Assembly: GCA_036403155.1 (NCBI GenBank)
Contig: DASWRM010000030.1
Span: 67,527 to 131,526, forward strand
Direction of reading: 5' to 3'
DNA: 64,000 nt
Source of the DNA: Gaiellales bacterium
GTDB lineage: Bacteria > Actinomycetota > Thermoleophilia > Gaiellales > JAICJC01
Of this stretch, positions 34,999 through 45,629 are shown piece by piece. Positions within the stretch are counted from its first letter, which is position 1. Every line of letters starts with the position of its first letter. A model generated the notes under the pieces. It did not search any database, was not told where the DNA came from, and worked only from the letters and a program-made list of their open reading frames with translations. The position numbers were made by a program, and so were the translations under genes.

Positions 34999-35032
34999 CC
35001 GGGTTAAACCGCTGCAAAATGGCGGTTTCCGG
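34999..35032 (+). promoter_or_regulatory. Leader hairpin in the greA 5' UTR (AAACCGC-N9-GCGGTTT, extended by CCGG/CCGG); possible attenuator or short leader RNA 3' end
   Basis: A perfect 7-bp stem at 35006-35012/35022-35028 whose 3' arm ends in TTT. An outer CCGG pairing lies at 34999-35002/35029-35032, with a 3-nt bulge. Confidence 0.35.
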
Positions 35033-35103
35033 TGGGCGCCGCGTATGCACGTAGACATGCGGTCCGGCACGGGCCGCAGACAGCCAACGCAGAGGAATGT
35101 GTC

Positions 35104-35580
35104 GTGGAGAAGGATGTCATCCTCACCCAGAGCGGCTTCGAGAAGCTGAAGGCGACGATCGAGGAGTTGGAGACGGTCAAGCGGCGAGAGGTCGCGGACC
35201 GCATCAAGGCTGCGCGCGAGTTCGGCGACATCTCGGAGAACTCGGAGTACGACGACGCCAAGAACGAGCAGGCGCTGCTGGAGAACCGGATCGCGCGGCT
35301 GAAGGAACAGCTGCGCGCCGCCCGCGTGATCGACACGAGCGACATCCCGAAGGATGTCGTGTCGATCGGCTCCAAGGTCAAGGTCAAGTACGTCGACGAC
35401 GGCGAGACCGACGAGTACGAGATCGTCGGCTCCGCTGAGGCCGATCCGGCGAACAACCGGCTCTCGAACGAGTCGCCCGTCGGCCAGGCGGTGCTCGGCC
35501 ACAAGAAGGGCGACGTCGTCGAGGTGGCCGCACCGAGCGGCTCCATCAAGCTCCAGATCGTCAGCATCAAGGCGGCCTGA
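35104..35580 (+). CDS. greA: Transcription elongation factor GreA
   Basis: LTQSGFEKLKATIEELE...REFGDISENSEYDDAKNEQ (acidic tip DxxE), and a C-terminal FKBP-like domain (ISNESPVGQAVLGHKKGD). The GTG at 35104 has a GAGGAA Shine-Dalgarno 6 nt upstream. Confidence 0.92.
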   Translation: MEKDVILTQSGFEKLKATIEELETVKRREVADRIKAAREFGDISENSEYDDAKNEQALLENRIARLKEQLRAARVIDTSDIPKDVVSIGSKVKVKYVDDGETDEYEIVGSAEADPANNRLSNESPVGQAVLGHKKGDVVEVAAPSGSIKLQIVSIKAA

Positions 35581-35603
35581 TCCCGGCGTAGACTGCGCGC
35601 CCG

Positions 35604-37073
35604 ATGACCGAGCCGCAGGACGCCGACCACCACGACGCAGAGCAGCAGATCCGCAGCGACCGCCTCGCGAAGGTGGACGCCGTCCGAGCGAGCGGCGCGG
35701 AGCCGTACCCGGCGCGCTTTGAGGGGCGCGCGGCGATCGCCGACCTGCGGACGCGCTACTCCGACATCGAGGCCGGCTCCGAGACCGGCGATCGCGTCCG
35801 CGTCGCCGGCCGGATCATGGGCCGGCGCGGTCACGGGAAGGCCCAGTTCCTCGACCTCGACGACGGCCGCGCCCGCATCCAGCTGCACGCGACGGCGGAC
35901 ACGACGCCCGGCTACGACGGCTTCGGGGAGCTCGACCTCGGCGACGTGGTGGGCGTGGAAGGCGAGGTCTTCAGCAGCCGGCGGGGCGAGCTGTCCGTTC
36001 GCGTCGAGGGCTGGCAGCTGCTCGCCAAGTGCCTGCGGCCGCTGCCCGAGAAGTGGCACGGGCTGACCGACACGGAGCTGCGCTACCGGCACCGCTACGT
36101 CGACCTGATCACCAGCGAGGAGTCGCGCCGCGACGCCGTCGCACGGTCGCGGGCGGTCACGGCGATCCGCACCGCGCTCGACGAGGCCGGGTTCGTCGAG
36201 GTCGAGACGCCGGTGCTCCAGCCGATCTACGGCGGCGGCGCGGCGAAGCCGTTCACGACCGAGTCGAACGAGTACGAGCGCACGCTGTACCTGCGGATCG
36301 CCACCGAGCTCTACCTGAAGCGGCTGATCGTCGGCGGCCTCGACCGCGTCTACGAGCTGGGCAAGGACTTCCGGAACGAGAGCGTCAGCTTCAAGCACAG
36401 CCCCGAGTTCACGATGCTCGAGTGGTACCAGGCCTACGCCGACTACCGCGACGGGATGGAGCTGGTGGAGCAGGTGGTGTCTCGCGCGGGTGCGGCGGCC
36501 GGCTGTGAGATCGACCTGTCGCCGCCGTGGCCGAGGCGGACGCTGCGCGAGGCGATCGTCGAGGACGCGGGCATCGACCCGCTCGAAGATCGTGACCGCG
36601 ACCGCCTCGTCCGGTTCATGCAGGACAAGGGCATGGACACCTCCGGCGACCACACGTGGGCCAACGCCGTCGACCACCTGCTCGGGCACTTCGTCGAGGC
36701 GCGGACGACCACGCCGGTCTTCATCGTCGACTACCCGGTCGAGCTGTCGCCGTTTTCGAAGCGCAAGGCCGACGACCCGACGCTGGTGGAGCGGTTCGAG
36801 CCCCTGTGCAACGGGATGGAGCTCGGCAACGGCTACAGCGAGCTGAACGATCCGGTCGAACAGCGCGCGCGCTTCGAGGAGCAGCGGCGGGCGGCGGCGA
36901 TGGGCGACGAGGAGACGCAGCCGATGGACGAGGACTACCTGCTCGCGCTGGAGTACGGGATGCCGCCGACGTGCGGGGTCGGGATCGGCGTCGACCGGCT
37001 GATGATGGTGCTGTTGAACAAGCCGTCGATCCGCGAGGTGATCCTGTTCCCGGCGATGCGTCCGCGGGGATGA
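35604..37073 (+). CDS. lysS: Lysine--tRNA ligase (class II)
   Basis: OB-fold N-terminus, motif 1 (FVEVETPVLQ), motif 2 (ELYLKRLIVGGLDRVYELGKDFRNE), motif 3 (GVGIGVDRLMM). Confidence 0.95.
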   Translation: MTEPQDADHHDAEQQIRSDRLAKVDAVRASGAEPYPARFEGRAAIADLRTRYSDIEAGSETGDRVRVAGRIMGRRGHGKAQFLDLDDGRARIQLHATADTTPGYDGFGELDLGDVVGVEGEVFSSRRGELSVRVEGWQLLAKCLRPLPEKWHGLTDTELRYRHRYVDLITSEESRRDAVARSRAVTAIRTALDEAGFVEVETPVLQPIYGGGAAKPFTTESNEYERTLYLRIATELYLKRLIVGGLDRVYELGKDFRNESVSFKHSPEFTMLEWYQAYADYRDGMELVEQVVSRAGAAAGCEIDLSPPWPRRTLREAIVEDAGIDPLEDRDRDRLVRFMQDKGMDTSGDHTWANAVDHLLGHFVEARTTTPVFIVDYPVELSPFSKRKADDPTLVERFEPLCNGMELGNGYSELNDPVEQRARFEEQRRAAAMGDEETQPMDEDYLLALEYGMPPTCGVGIGVDRLMMVLLNKPSIREVILFPAMRPRG

Positions 37074-37096
37074 AAAAAACGTGCCAGGCACCTTTT
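37074..37096 (+). terminator. Weak A-tract/hairpin/T-tract element immediately after lysS (aaaaaaacGTGCcagGCACcttttt)
   Basis: Only a 4-5 bp GC stem, but it is flanked by A7 and T5 runs that are very unusual in this GC-rich DNA. Confidence 0.3.
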
Positions 37097-37344
37097 TCTC
37101 ACCGCGCCGGCGCCCTCCCGGCACGGCCGAGCTGCTCTGACGTCTCTGTGCCGCGCTGTTCGGGCTCCCGCTCGCCGGCGTCTCGGCGGCCGCGCTGGTC
37201 GTGACCGGCATCGCGATGGCCGCGGGGGCCGATCCGGCCGGTGGCTGCGGCGGCGGCTGAGACCGCCCGGCGTCCCGGCGAAACTGCCCCTCAAGACGCG
37301 TTCCGGAACCGCCGAATACACGGCCACAAACCGGCCGGCGCGAG

Positions 37345-37373
37345 AATGGCGTGGCAGGACCGGGTGATATACT
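37345..37373 (+). promoter_or_regulatory. Putative extended -10 promoter for clpC (AATGGC-N17-TATACT, with TG at -15/-14)
   Basis: Read directly: AATGGC gtggcaggaccgggTGa TATACT. This implies a leader of about 120 nt before the clpC ATG at 37503. Confidence 0.35.
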
Positions 37374-37502
37374 GGCCCCTGTCTACCTCCCCGGACGGAC
37401 CGTCAGACAGATCGTGCTGCAAGCACGCGACTTGACGGGCCGCGGTCGGGGCATTTCACATCAGCTTCATCCAACGACGAGCGACAGGAAAGGGGGCACG
37501 AG

Positions 37503-40055
<2,553 letters not shown>

Positions 40056-40077
40056 CGGTTCCGGAAGCGAACGCACA

Positions 40078-40109
40078 CGAGAGGGCGTCCCCGACGGGGC
40101 GCCCTCTCG
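40078..40109 (+). terminator. Strong GC-rich hairpin after clpC (CGAGAGGGCG(T)CCCC-GAC-GGGGCGCCCTCTCG)
   Basis: 14 bp of pairing with one bulged T and a 3-nt loop, starting 23 nt after the clpC stop and followed by tcgtt. Confidence 0.6.
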
Positions 40110-40117
40110 TCGTTAAC

Positions 40118-40972
40118 ATGCAGGCCGATGTCCGATCGAGCCGCGTCGTGATCTCCGTCGCCGACCGCATCCGCCGGCACCTCGACCAGCTCTCGCCGAA
40201 CGACCGGCGCATCGCCCACCACCTGCTCGACCATCCCGCACAGGCGCCGTTCGAGACAGCGGAGTCGCTGGGGGCGCAGACCGGCGTCAGCAAGGCGGCG
40301 GTGGTGCGGTTCTCAAACCGGGTCGGGTTCGCCGGGTTCGCCGAGCTGCATGAGGCGCTGCGCGACGAGGCGGTGGCGCGGCTCTCCGTCGTGCGCGACG
40401 GCGATGGCCGGGGCGACATGGTGGACGCGGTGGCGGTGCGCGCACGTGCCGACCTCGAGGCGCTGCGGGGCGCGCTCGACCGGGAGCAGTTCGCCGCGGC
40501 GGTCGCGCTCCTGCGGAGGGGCAACGGCAAGATCGGGATCTTCGGGCACCGCAAGTCCGCGGCGCTCGCCGAGTACGCGTACTACCTGCTGAACCCGCTG
40601 CTCTCCAACACCTGGCCGATCGCTGCCGGTGAGCCCGGCATCGCCGATCAGCTGATCGACCTCGAGCCCGGCGACCGGCTGATCGCCTTCACGTTCCGGC
40701 GCTACGCGCGGGTGACCAAGCAGGTGATCTCGAGCTTCCACGAGGCGGGCGCACCGGTGGTGCTGATCACGGACGATCCGATGGCGCCGGGGGCTGACCT
40801 GGCGACGCACGTACTGGCATGCGCGCCGGCCGAGGCGGGCGAGTTCGACACCGCCGCGCCTGGGATCGTGCTGATCGAGGCGCTGGCGGCTGCGATCGCG
40901 GCGCGACCGGGCCGCGCGGACAAGCGGCGCGACCTGGCCGAGCGGCTGTGGAAGCAGTTCGGCACCTACTAG
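40118..40972 (+). CDS. MurR/RpiR family transcriptional regulator (HTH + SIS domain)
   Basis: An N-terminal RpiR HTH (LSPNDRRIAHHLLDHP...SKAAVVRFSNRVGFAGFAEL) and a C-terminal SIS domain (KIGIFGHRKSAALA). The in-frame GTG at 40148 is an alternative start, because the clpC terminator hairpin ends only 8 nt before the ATG at 40118. Confidence 0.85.
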   Translation: MQADVRSSRVVISVADRIRRHLDQLSPNDRRIAHHLLDHPAQAPFETAESLGAQTGVSKAAVVRFSNRVGFAGFAELHEALRDEAVARLSVVRDGDGRGDMVDAVAVRARADLEALRGALDREQFAAAVALLRRGNGKIGIFGHRKSAALAEYAYYLLNPLLSNTWPIAAGEPGIADQLIDLEPGDRLIAFTFRRYARVTKQVISSFHEAGAPVVLITDDPMAPGADLATHVLACAPAEAGEFDTAAPGIVLIEALAAAIAARPGRADKRRDLAERLWKQFGTY

Positions 40973-40988
40973 GTGTACCGTCTGCCAC

Positions 40989-41108
40989 ATGAGTGAAGAA
41001 CCGCTGAACGAGCCGAGCGGCATGCACCAGCCGGTGCAGCCGCCGCGTCCCAAGCGTCCGCTCGGCGAGCGGCTGCGGGAGTGGTGGCGCCGCATTTCGG
41101 GCAGGTAG
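40989..41108 (+). CDS. Candidate 39-aa small ORF (MSEEPLNEPSGMHQPVQPPRPKRPLGERLREWWRRISGR)
   Basis: ATG-initiated ORF in the rpiR-gltB spacer with strongly GC-biased third codon positions (33 of 39 by hand count), as in real genes here. There is no convincing Shine-Dalgarno, and no family was recognised. Confidence 0.25.
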   Translation: MSEEPLNEPSGMHQPVQPPRPKRPLGERLREWWRRISGR

Positions 41109-41143
41109 CCCCGCAGCCCGCCGCCCCGTCCCGCAACGGCGAC

Positions 41144-41384
41144 GTCACGGTCGTCGTGTCGAGTTCCACCTCGTCGTGGCCGCACAGAACCGTGACGCCG
41201 TGGTCACACCCACCCGGGCGGTGTCCGACTCCAACAATTGGGGGTCGGCGAGCGACCGGCCAACCAGGCCGATCCGATGTCACGGAGGTGTGACGACGGA
41301 CGCCCGCCCGCGGGGTCGGGGTTGGTCACCGCCGCGGGGGGTGTGACCGCTCTGTTGCGGGGGCGTGACTCACACACCGCTCAC
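41144..41384. promoter_or_regulatory. Array of GTSAC inverted repeats upstream of gltB
   Basis: GTCAC-N7-GTGTC (41144-41160, imperfect). GTGAC-N6-GTCAC (41192-41207). GTCAC-N6-GTGAC (41279-41294). GGTCAC-N13-GTGACC (41324-41348). GTGAcTCAC (41365-41373). All were read directly from the sequence. Confidence 0.35.
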
Positions 41385-41443
41385 AATCCGTAACAAACGT
41401 TTCGCAACTTGCATCTGTCCGACTCATATGGTTCACTACCCGC

Positions 41444-44400
41444 TTGCGGACGGACCGGACAGCCCAGCCCGAGCACGACGCCTGCGCGCTTGCCGCGGTC
41501 GTGGCCCGAGATGGCCGCGCGTCCGCCTGGCCGCTCCGCCATGCCGTCTCCGCCCTGGAGCGCATGGCCCACCGCGCCGGGGGCATCGGCGGCGAGGGAG
41601 ACGGGTGCGGAGTGCAGGTCGACATCCCGCGGCGGCTGTGGCGCGACCGCCTTCGCAGCGACGTGGTCGACGCCCGGGACTTTGCCGTCGCGCACCTCGC
41701 GGGCGACGACCCGGAAGCCGCCCTCCATGCCACCGGGCTGGAGCTGCTGTCGCTGATCGAGCAGGACGTCCACCTGTCGGCGCTCGGCCCGGACGGCCGC
41801 GACGGCACCCCGGTGCTGTGGCAGGCGGCCCTCCGCGTTCCGGCCGACCGGTCGCTGCTCCAGGCGTGGCTCAAGCTCGAGCGCGAGGGCATCCACGTGG
41901 CCTCCCTGTCGCGGAGCAGCTGCGTGTACAAGGCGCTCGGCGACCCCGCGACGCTGTCCGGCTTCGCCCGCGACCTGCAGCATCCGCTGTTCGCCACGCG
42001 GGTGGCGGTCGCCCACAGCCGGTACTCCACCAACACGCTGCCCGCGTTCGAGCGCGTGCAGCCGTTCGGCCGGATCGCCCACAACGGCGAGATCAACACC
42101 ATCCGGCGGCTGCGGCTCGAGCTGCCCGGCCTCGGCGCCGATCCGCTCGACGGCGCCAGCGACACGCAGGACCTCGACCTCCTGATCGGCCTGCTGCTCG
42201 ACCGCGGCGTCGCGCTGGACGAGGTGCTCGCGATGCTGCTGCCGCCCGTGCGCCCGGCGCGCCGCCTCGAGCGGTATCACCGAGCGGTGATCGGCCCGGT
42301 CGCCCAGGGACCGGCCGCGCTGCTCGCCCGAAGCGGCGACGTCCTCTGCGGCGCCGTCGACCGCCTCGGCCTGCGCCCGCTGTGGCGGATGCGGACGCCC
42401 GGCGAGCTGTGGCTGTCGTCCGAGCCGGGCGTGCTCCACGTCAGCGAGCTCGACGACGACCCGGTTCCGCTTGCGCCGGGCGAGCGCGTGCTCATCGATC
42501 TGCGCCGGCCGGCGGGTGCTCGTCAACCCTCCCTCTCGAGCCCCCTGGCCGGCGCGGCGCGCGCCTCCAGGTTCCACCGGCCATCGCTCGGGCAGCCGTC
42601 GTTCGCCCCGGTCGAGCCGGCCGGGCACGGGTTCACCCGGGACGACCTCGCCATGGTGGATGCAATGGCGGAGTCCGGAGAGGAGCCGATCGGATCGCTC
42701 GGCTACGACGGCCCGCTCGCGGTGTTCGAGGACGGGGCCACGGTGGCCGACCACTTCAAGGAGGAGGTCGCCGTGGTCACGAACCCGGCGATCGACCGCG
42801 ACCGCGAGCGCGAGCACTTCTCGCTTCGCGTGCTGGCGGGCCGCCGGCCCGTGCCCGGCGCCACGGCGGCGATGTGGCAGCTCGAATCGCCGCTGCTTCC
42901 ATCGCCCGACGGCATGCCGTGGCATCGGATCGGCCTCACCGCGGACGCCGCCGACCGTGCGCAGGCCGCGGTCCGCGATGGTGCGGCGCTGCTGATGCTC
43001 GACGACCGCCTCGCGTCCGAGATCGACCCACATCTCGCCCTCGCGATGGTGATGCGGCGGCTGCGGGAGCGGCGGCTGCACCGCCGCACCTCGGTCGCGC
43101 TCGCCTCCGCCGGCCTTCGCAACCTGCACGACATCGCCGTCGCGCTCGGCACGGGCGCCGTCGCCGTCGAGCCGCACGCGCTGTGGTCGCTCGCGGGCGC
43201 CGCGCGGTGGCAGCGGCTGCGCCGCGCGCTCGAGAAGGGGCTCGAGAAGGTGCTCTCGACCATGGGAACGCACGAGCTGGCCGGCTACGGCCCGACCTTC
43301 GCCTCGATCGGCCTGCATCCCGACATCGCCCGGGAGTTCCCCTGCCCAGCGCTCCTGCCCGGCCGGTCGCACCCGCAACCGGTTGCCCGCGACCGGCCGC
43401 GCCAGGTGTTCCGCGTGGCGCCGAAGCTCTGGAAGGCCGCGGGCGCCGTTGCCGACGGGCGCGGAGGCTACGACGCGCTGGCCGGTCAGGCCGCCGCCGT
43501 GGAGGCCGAGCACCCGGTTGCGCTCCGCCATCTGCTCGACGTCCGCGCCGTCCCGCAGCCACCCGCCGCCGAGGAGGTCGATCTGCGCGTCGGGGACCAC
43601 GCGCTGCCGTTCGTGATCAGCGCCATGTCGTTCGGGTCGCAGGGCGAGTCGGCGTTCCGGGCGTACCTGGCCGCGGCGACCCGGCTCGACATCGTCGCGA
43701 TGAACGGCGAGGGCGGCGAGCTTCCGGAGCTGATCGGCTGGAGCCCGCGCAACCGCGCCCAGCAGGTGGCCAGCGGCCGGTTCGGCGTCAACGCGCGGAT
43801 GCTCGCGTCCTGCCGGATGATCGAGATCAAGATCGGCCAGGGCGCCAAGCCGGGCGAGGGCGGCCACCTGCCCGGCAGCAAGGTGACGGCCCGCGTCGCG
43901 GCGGCGCGCTCGGCGTCGCCCGGCGTCGACCTGATCTCGCCGTCGAACAACCACGACCTCTACTCGATCGAGGACCTTGCGCAGATCGTGGAGGAGCTGC
44001 GGGCGAGCAACCGCAACGTGCGCATCGGCGTCAAGGTGCCGGTCGTGAGCGGGATCGGCACGATCGCGGTCGGCATCGCGAAGGCCGGCGCGGACGTGAT
44101 CACGCTCTCGGGGTACGACGGGGGCACCGGAGCCGCCCGGCGCCACGCTCTGCGCCACGCCGGCCTGCCCGGCGACCTCGGCGTCGTGCTCGCGCACCGC
44201 GCGCTCTCCGAGGCCGGGCTCCGCGACGGGGTCGAGCTGTGGGCCGACGGCGGCGTGCGAACGGCCGCGGACGTCCTCAAGCTGATGCTGCTCGGCGCCA
44301 ACCGGGCCGGGTTCGGCACGATGTCGATGGTGGCGCTCGGGTGCACGATCTGCAGGGCCTGCCAGGCCGATACCTGCCACGTCGGCATTGCGACGCAGAT

Positions 44401-45523
44401 CGAGGGCGAGCACGAGGCGGCCGAGCGCGGGCTCAAGCGCTTCACGGCCGTCGATCCCTCGGACGGCGTGACGCGGCTGTGGCGCTTCTTCGACCAGACT
44501 GCGGCCGAGCTGCGCCGCCTGGTGGCCGCGGCAGGTGCGTCGTCCGCGCAGGAGCTGGTGGGCCGCAGCGACCTGCTCGTGCAGGCGCGCGGGAGCGACC
44601 GGATCGACCTGGCACCGATGCTCGAGCAGGCCCACCGCGCGCCCTCCCGGCGTCCGGGATGCCGCCGCCCGGCGCTCACCCATGCGCTGGCCGGCCGGCT
44701 GCGATCGGCACGCGACCAGGTCGTGCGGCTCCCGGCGGTCGTCTCGGGCAGCGACCGGGCGCTCCTGACCGCGTTCGCACAGACGGCCATGGAGCCCGGG
44801 TTCGACTCGCGCGCTGCCGAGCTGGACGTGGCGGCGGGCAGCGTTGCCGGCTCCGGGCTCGCGGCGTTCGCGCCCGCCGGCCTCTCGGTGCGGATCCGCG
44901 GCGGCGCGCAGGACGGCGTCGCGAAGGGGGCCTGCGGCGCGCGCGTGGTGGTGCTGCGGGCGCCCGACGCATACGGCGTCCTGCGGGGCGGTACCGTCGG
45001 CAAGGGCTTCGCATACGGGGCGCAGCAGGGCCTCCTGATCGTGCAGGGCGAGGCTGACGCGAGGGCTGGGATCCGGCTCTCCGGCGCCGACCTCGTGATC
45101 GGCGGTGACCCGCGCTGGCCGGTCGACCGGCGCCCGTCGGCGGCCGCCGCGCAGATCAAGGGATTCGGCTTCGAGTACATGACCGCGGGGAGGGCCGTGG
45201 TGCTCGGCGATGTGGGTCCGTGGGCGTTTGCCGGCATGACCGGAGGCGTGGTCTACGTGCGGCACGAGCCCGAGCAGGGACTCGACGAGGCCGCGATCCG
45301 GCGGCGGTTCGCCAAGGCGGCGCAGGTGTCGCTTGAGCCGCTCGACTCGATCGGGGAGGCGGACGTTGCGGAGCTGCTGGGCGCGTATGAGGAGGAGCTG
45401 CTGCGATCCGGGCAGGCGGCAGAGGCGGGAGCCGTCGCCCGGCTGCGACGCGACGCGCGATGGTGCTTCCGAGCCGTCGTTCCCGTCGGCATGCAGGCCG
45501 ACCAGGATGTCTCGACCGAGTAG
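41444..45523 (+). CDS. gltB: Glutamate synthase large subunit-like protein (GltB/Fd-GOGAT family), with no adjacent small subunit
   Basis: A class II amidotransferase N-terminus (PEHDAC..., HSRYSTNTLPAFERVQPFGRIAHNGEINT). An FMN/3Fe-4S domain (ISAMSFGSQGE, IEIKIGQGAKPGEGGHLPG, LISPSNNHDLYSIEDL, CTICRACQADTCHVGIATQ). A C-terminal GXGXG beta-helix domain. The only in-frame start upstream of the catalytic Cys is TTG at 41444. At 1359 aa it is shorter than the roughly 1500 aa typical of GltB. Confidence 0.88.
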   Translation: MRTDRTAQPEHDACALAAVVARDGRASAWPLRHAVSALERMAHRAGGIGGEGDGCGVQVDIPRRLWRDRLRSDVVDARDFAVAHLAGDDPEAALHATGLELLSLIEQDVHLSALGPDGRDGTPVLWQAALRVPADRSLLQAWLKLEREGIHVASLSRSSCVYKALGDPATLSGFARDLQHPLFATRVAVAHSRYSTNTLPAFERVQPFGRIAHNGEINTIRRLRLELPGLGADPLDGASDTQDLDLLIGLLLDRGVALDEVLAMLLPPVRPARRLERYHRAVIGPVAQGPAALLARSGDVLCGAVDRLGLRPLWRMRTPGELWLSSEPGVLHVSELDDDPVPLAPGERVLIDLRRPAGARQPSLSSPLAGAARASRFHRPSLGQPSFAPVEPAGHGFTRDDLAMVDAMAESGEEPIGSLGYDGPLAVFEDGATVADHFKEEVAVVTNPAIDRDREREHFSLRVLAGRRPVPGATAAMWQLESPLLPSPDGMPWHRIGLTADAADRAQAAVRDGAALLMLDDRLASEIDPHLALAMVMRRLRERRLHRRTSVALASAGLRNLHDIAVALGTGAVAVEPHALWSLAGAARWQRLRRALEKGLEKVLSTMGTHELAGYGPTFASIGLHPDIAREFPCPALLPGRSHPQPVARDRPRQVFRVAPKLWKAAGAVADGRGGYDALAGQAAAVEAEHPVALRHLLDVRAVPQPPAAEEVDLRVGDHALPFVISAMSFGSQGESAFRAYLAAATRLDIVAMNGEGGELPELIGWSPRNRAQQVASGRFGVNARMLASCRMIEIKIGQGAKPGEGGHLPGSKVTARVAAARSASPGVDLISPSNNHDLYSIEDLAQIVEELRASNRNVRIGVKVPVVSGIGTIAVGIAKAGADVITLSGYDGGTGAARRHALRHAGLPGDLGVVLAHRALSEAGLRDGVELWADGGVRTAADVLKLMLLGANRAGFGTMSMVALGCTICRACQADTCHVGIATQIEGEHEAAERGLKRFTAVDPSDGVTRLWRFFDQTAAELRRLVAAAGASSAQELVGRSDLLVQARGSDRIDLAPMLEQAHRAPSRRPGCRRPALTHALAGRLRSARDQVVRLPAVVSGSDRALLTAFAQTAMEPGFDSRAAELDVAAGSVAGSGLAAFAPAGLSVRIRGGAQDGVAKGACGARVVVLRAPDAYGVLRGGTVGKGFAYGAQQGLLIVQGEADARAGIRLSGADLVIGGDPRWPVDRRPSAAAAQIKGFGFEYMTAGRAVVLGDVGPWAFAGMTGGVVYVRHEPEQGLDEAAIRRRFAKAAQVSLEPLDSIGEADVAELLGAYEEELLRSGQAAEAGAVARLRRDARWCFRAVVPVGMQADQDVSTE

Positions 45524-45629
45524 GCCCGGGCCGGTCGTGGAGCGCTCCCGTCGCCGGTCACGCCGCCGCCACGCGATGCGGGGAGGGGCCGGGCGGCGTC
45601 CGCGGAGGCTGCCACAATGGTGGGCCCCC

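Noticed and set aside
37074-37502. Possible lsr2 or a small hydrophobic peptide gene (frame starting near 37156: LFGLPLAGVSAAALVVTGIAMAAG...) in the lysS-clpC spacer
   Set aside because: There is no ATG/GTG start with an SD in that frame (a stop at 37138-37140 is followed only by CTG). The other ORFs in the spacer are Arg/Pro-rich, and none resembles Lsr2.
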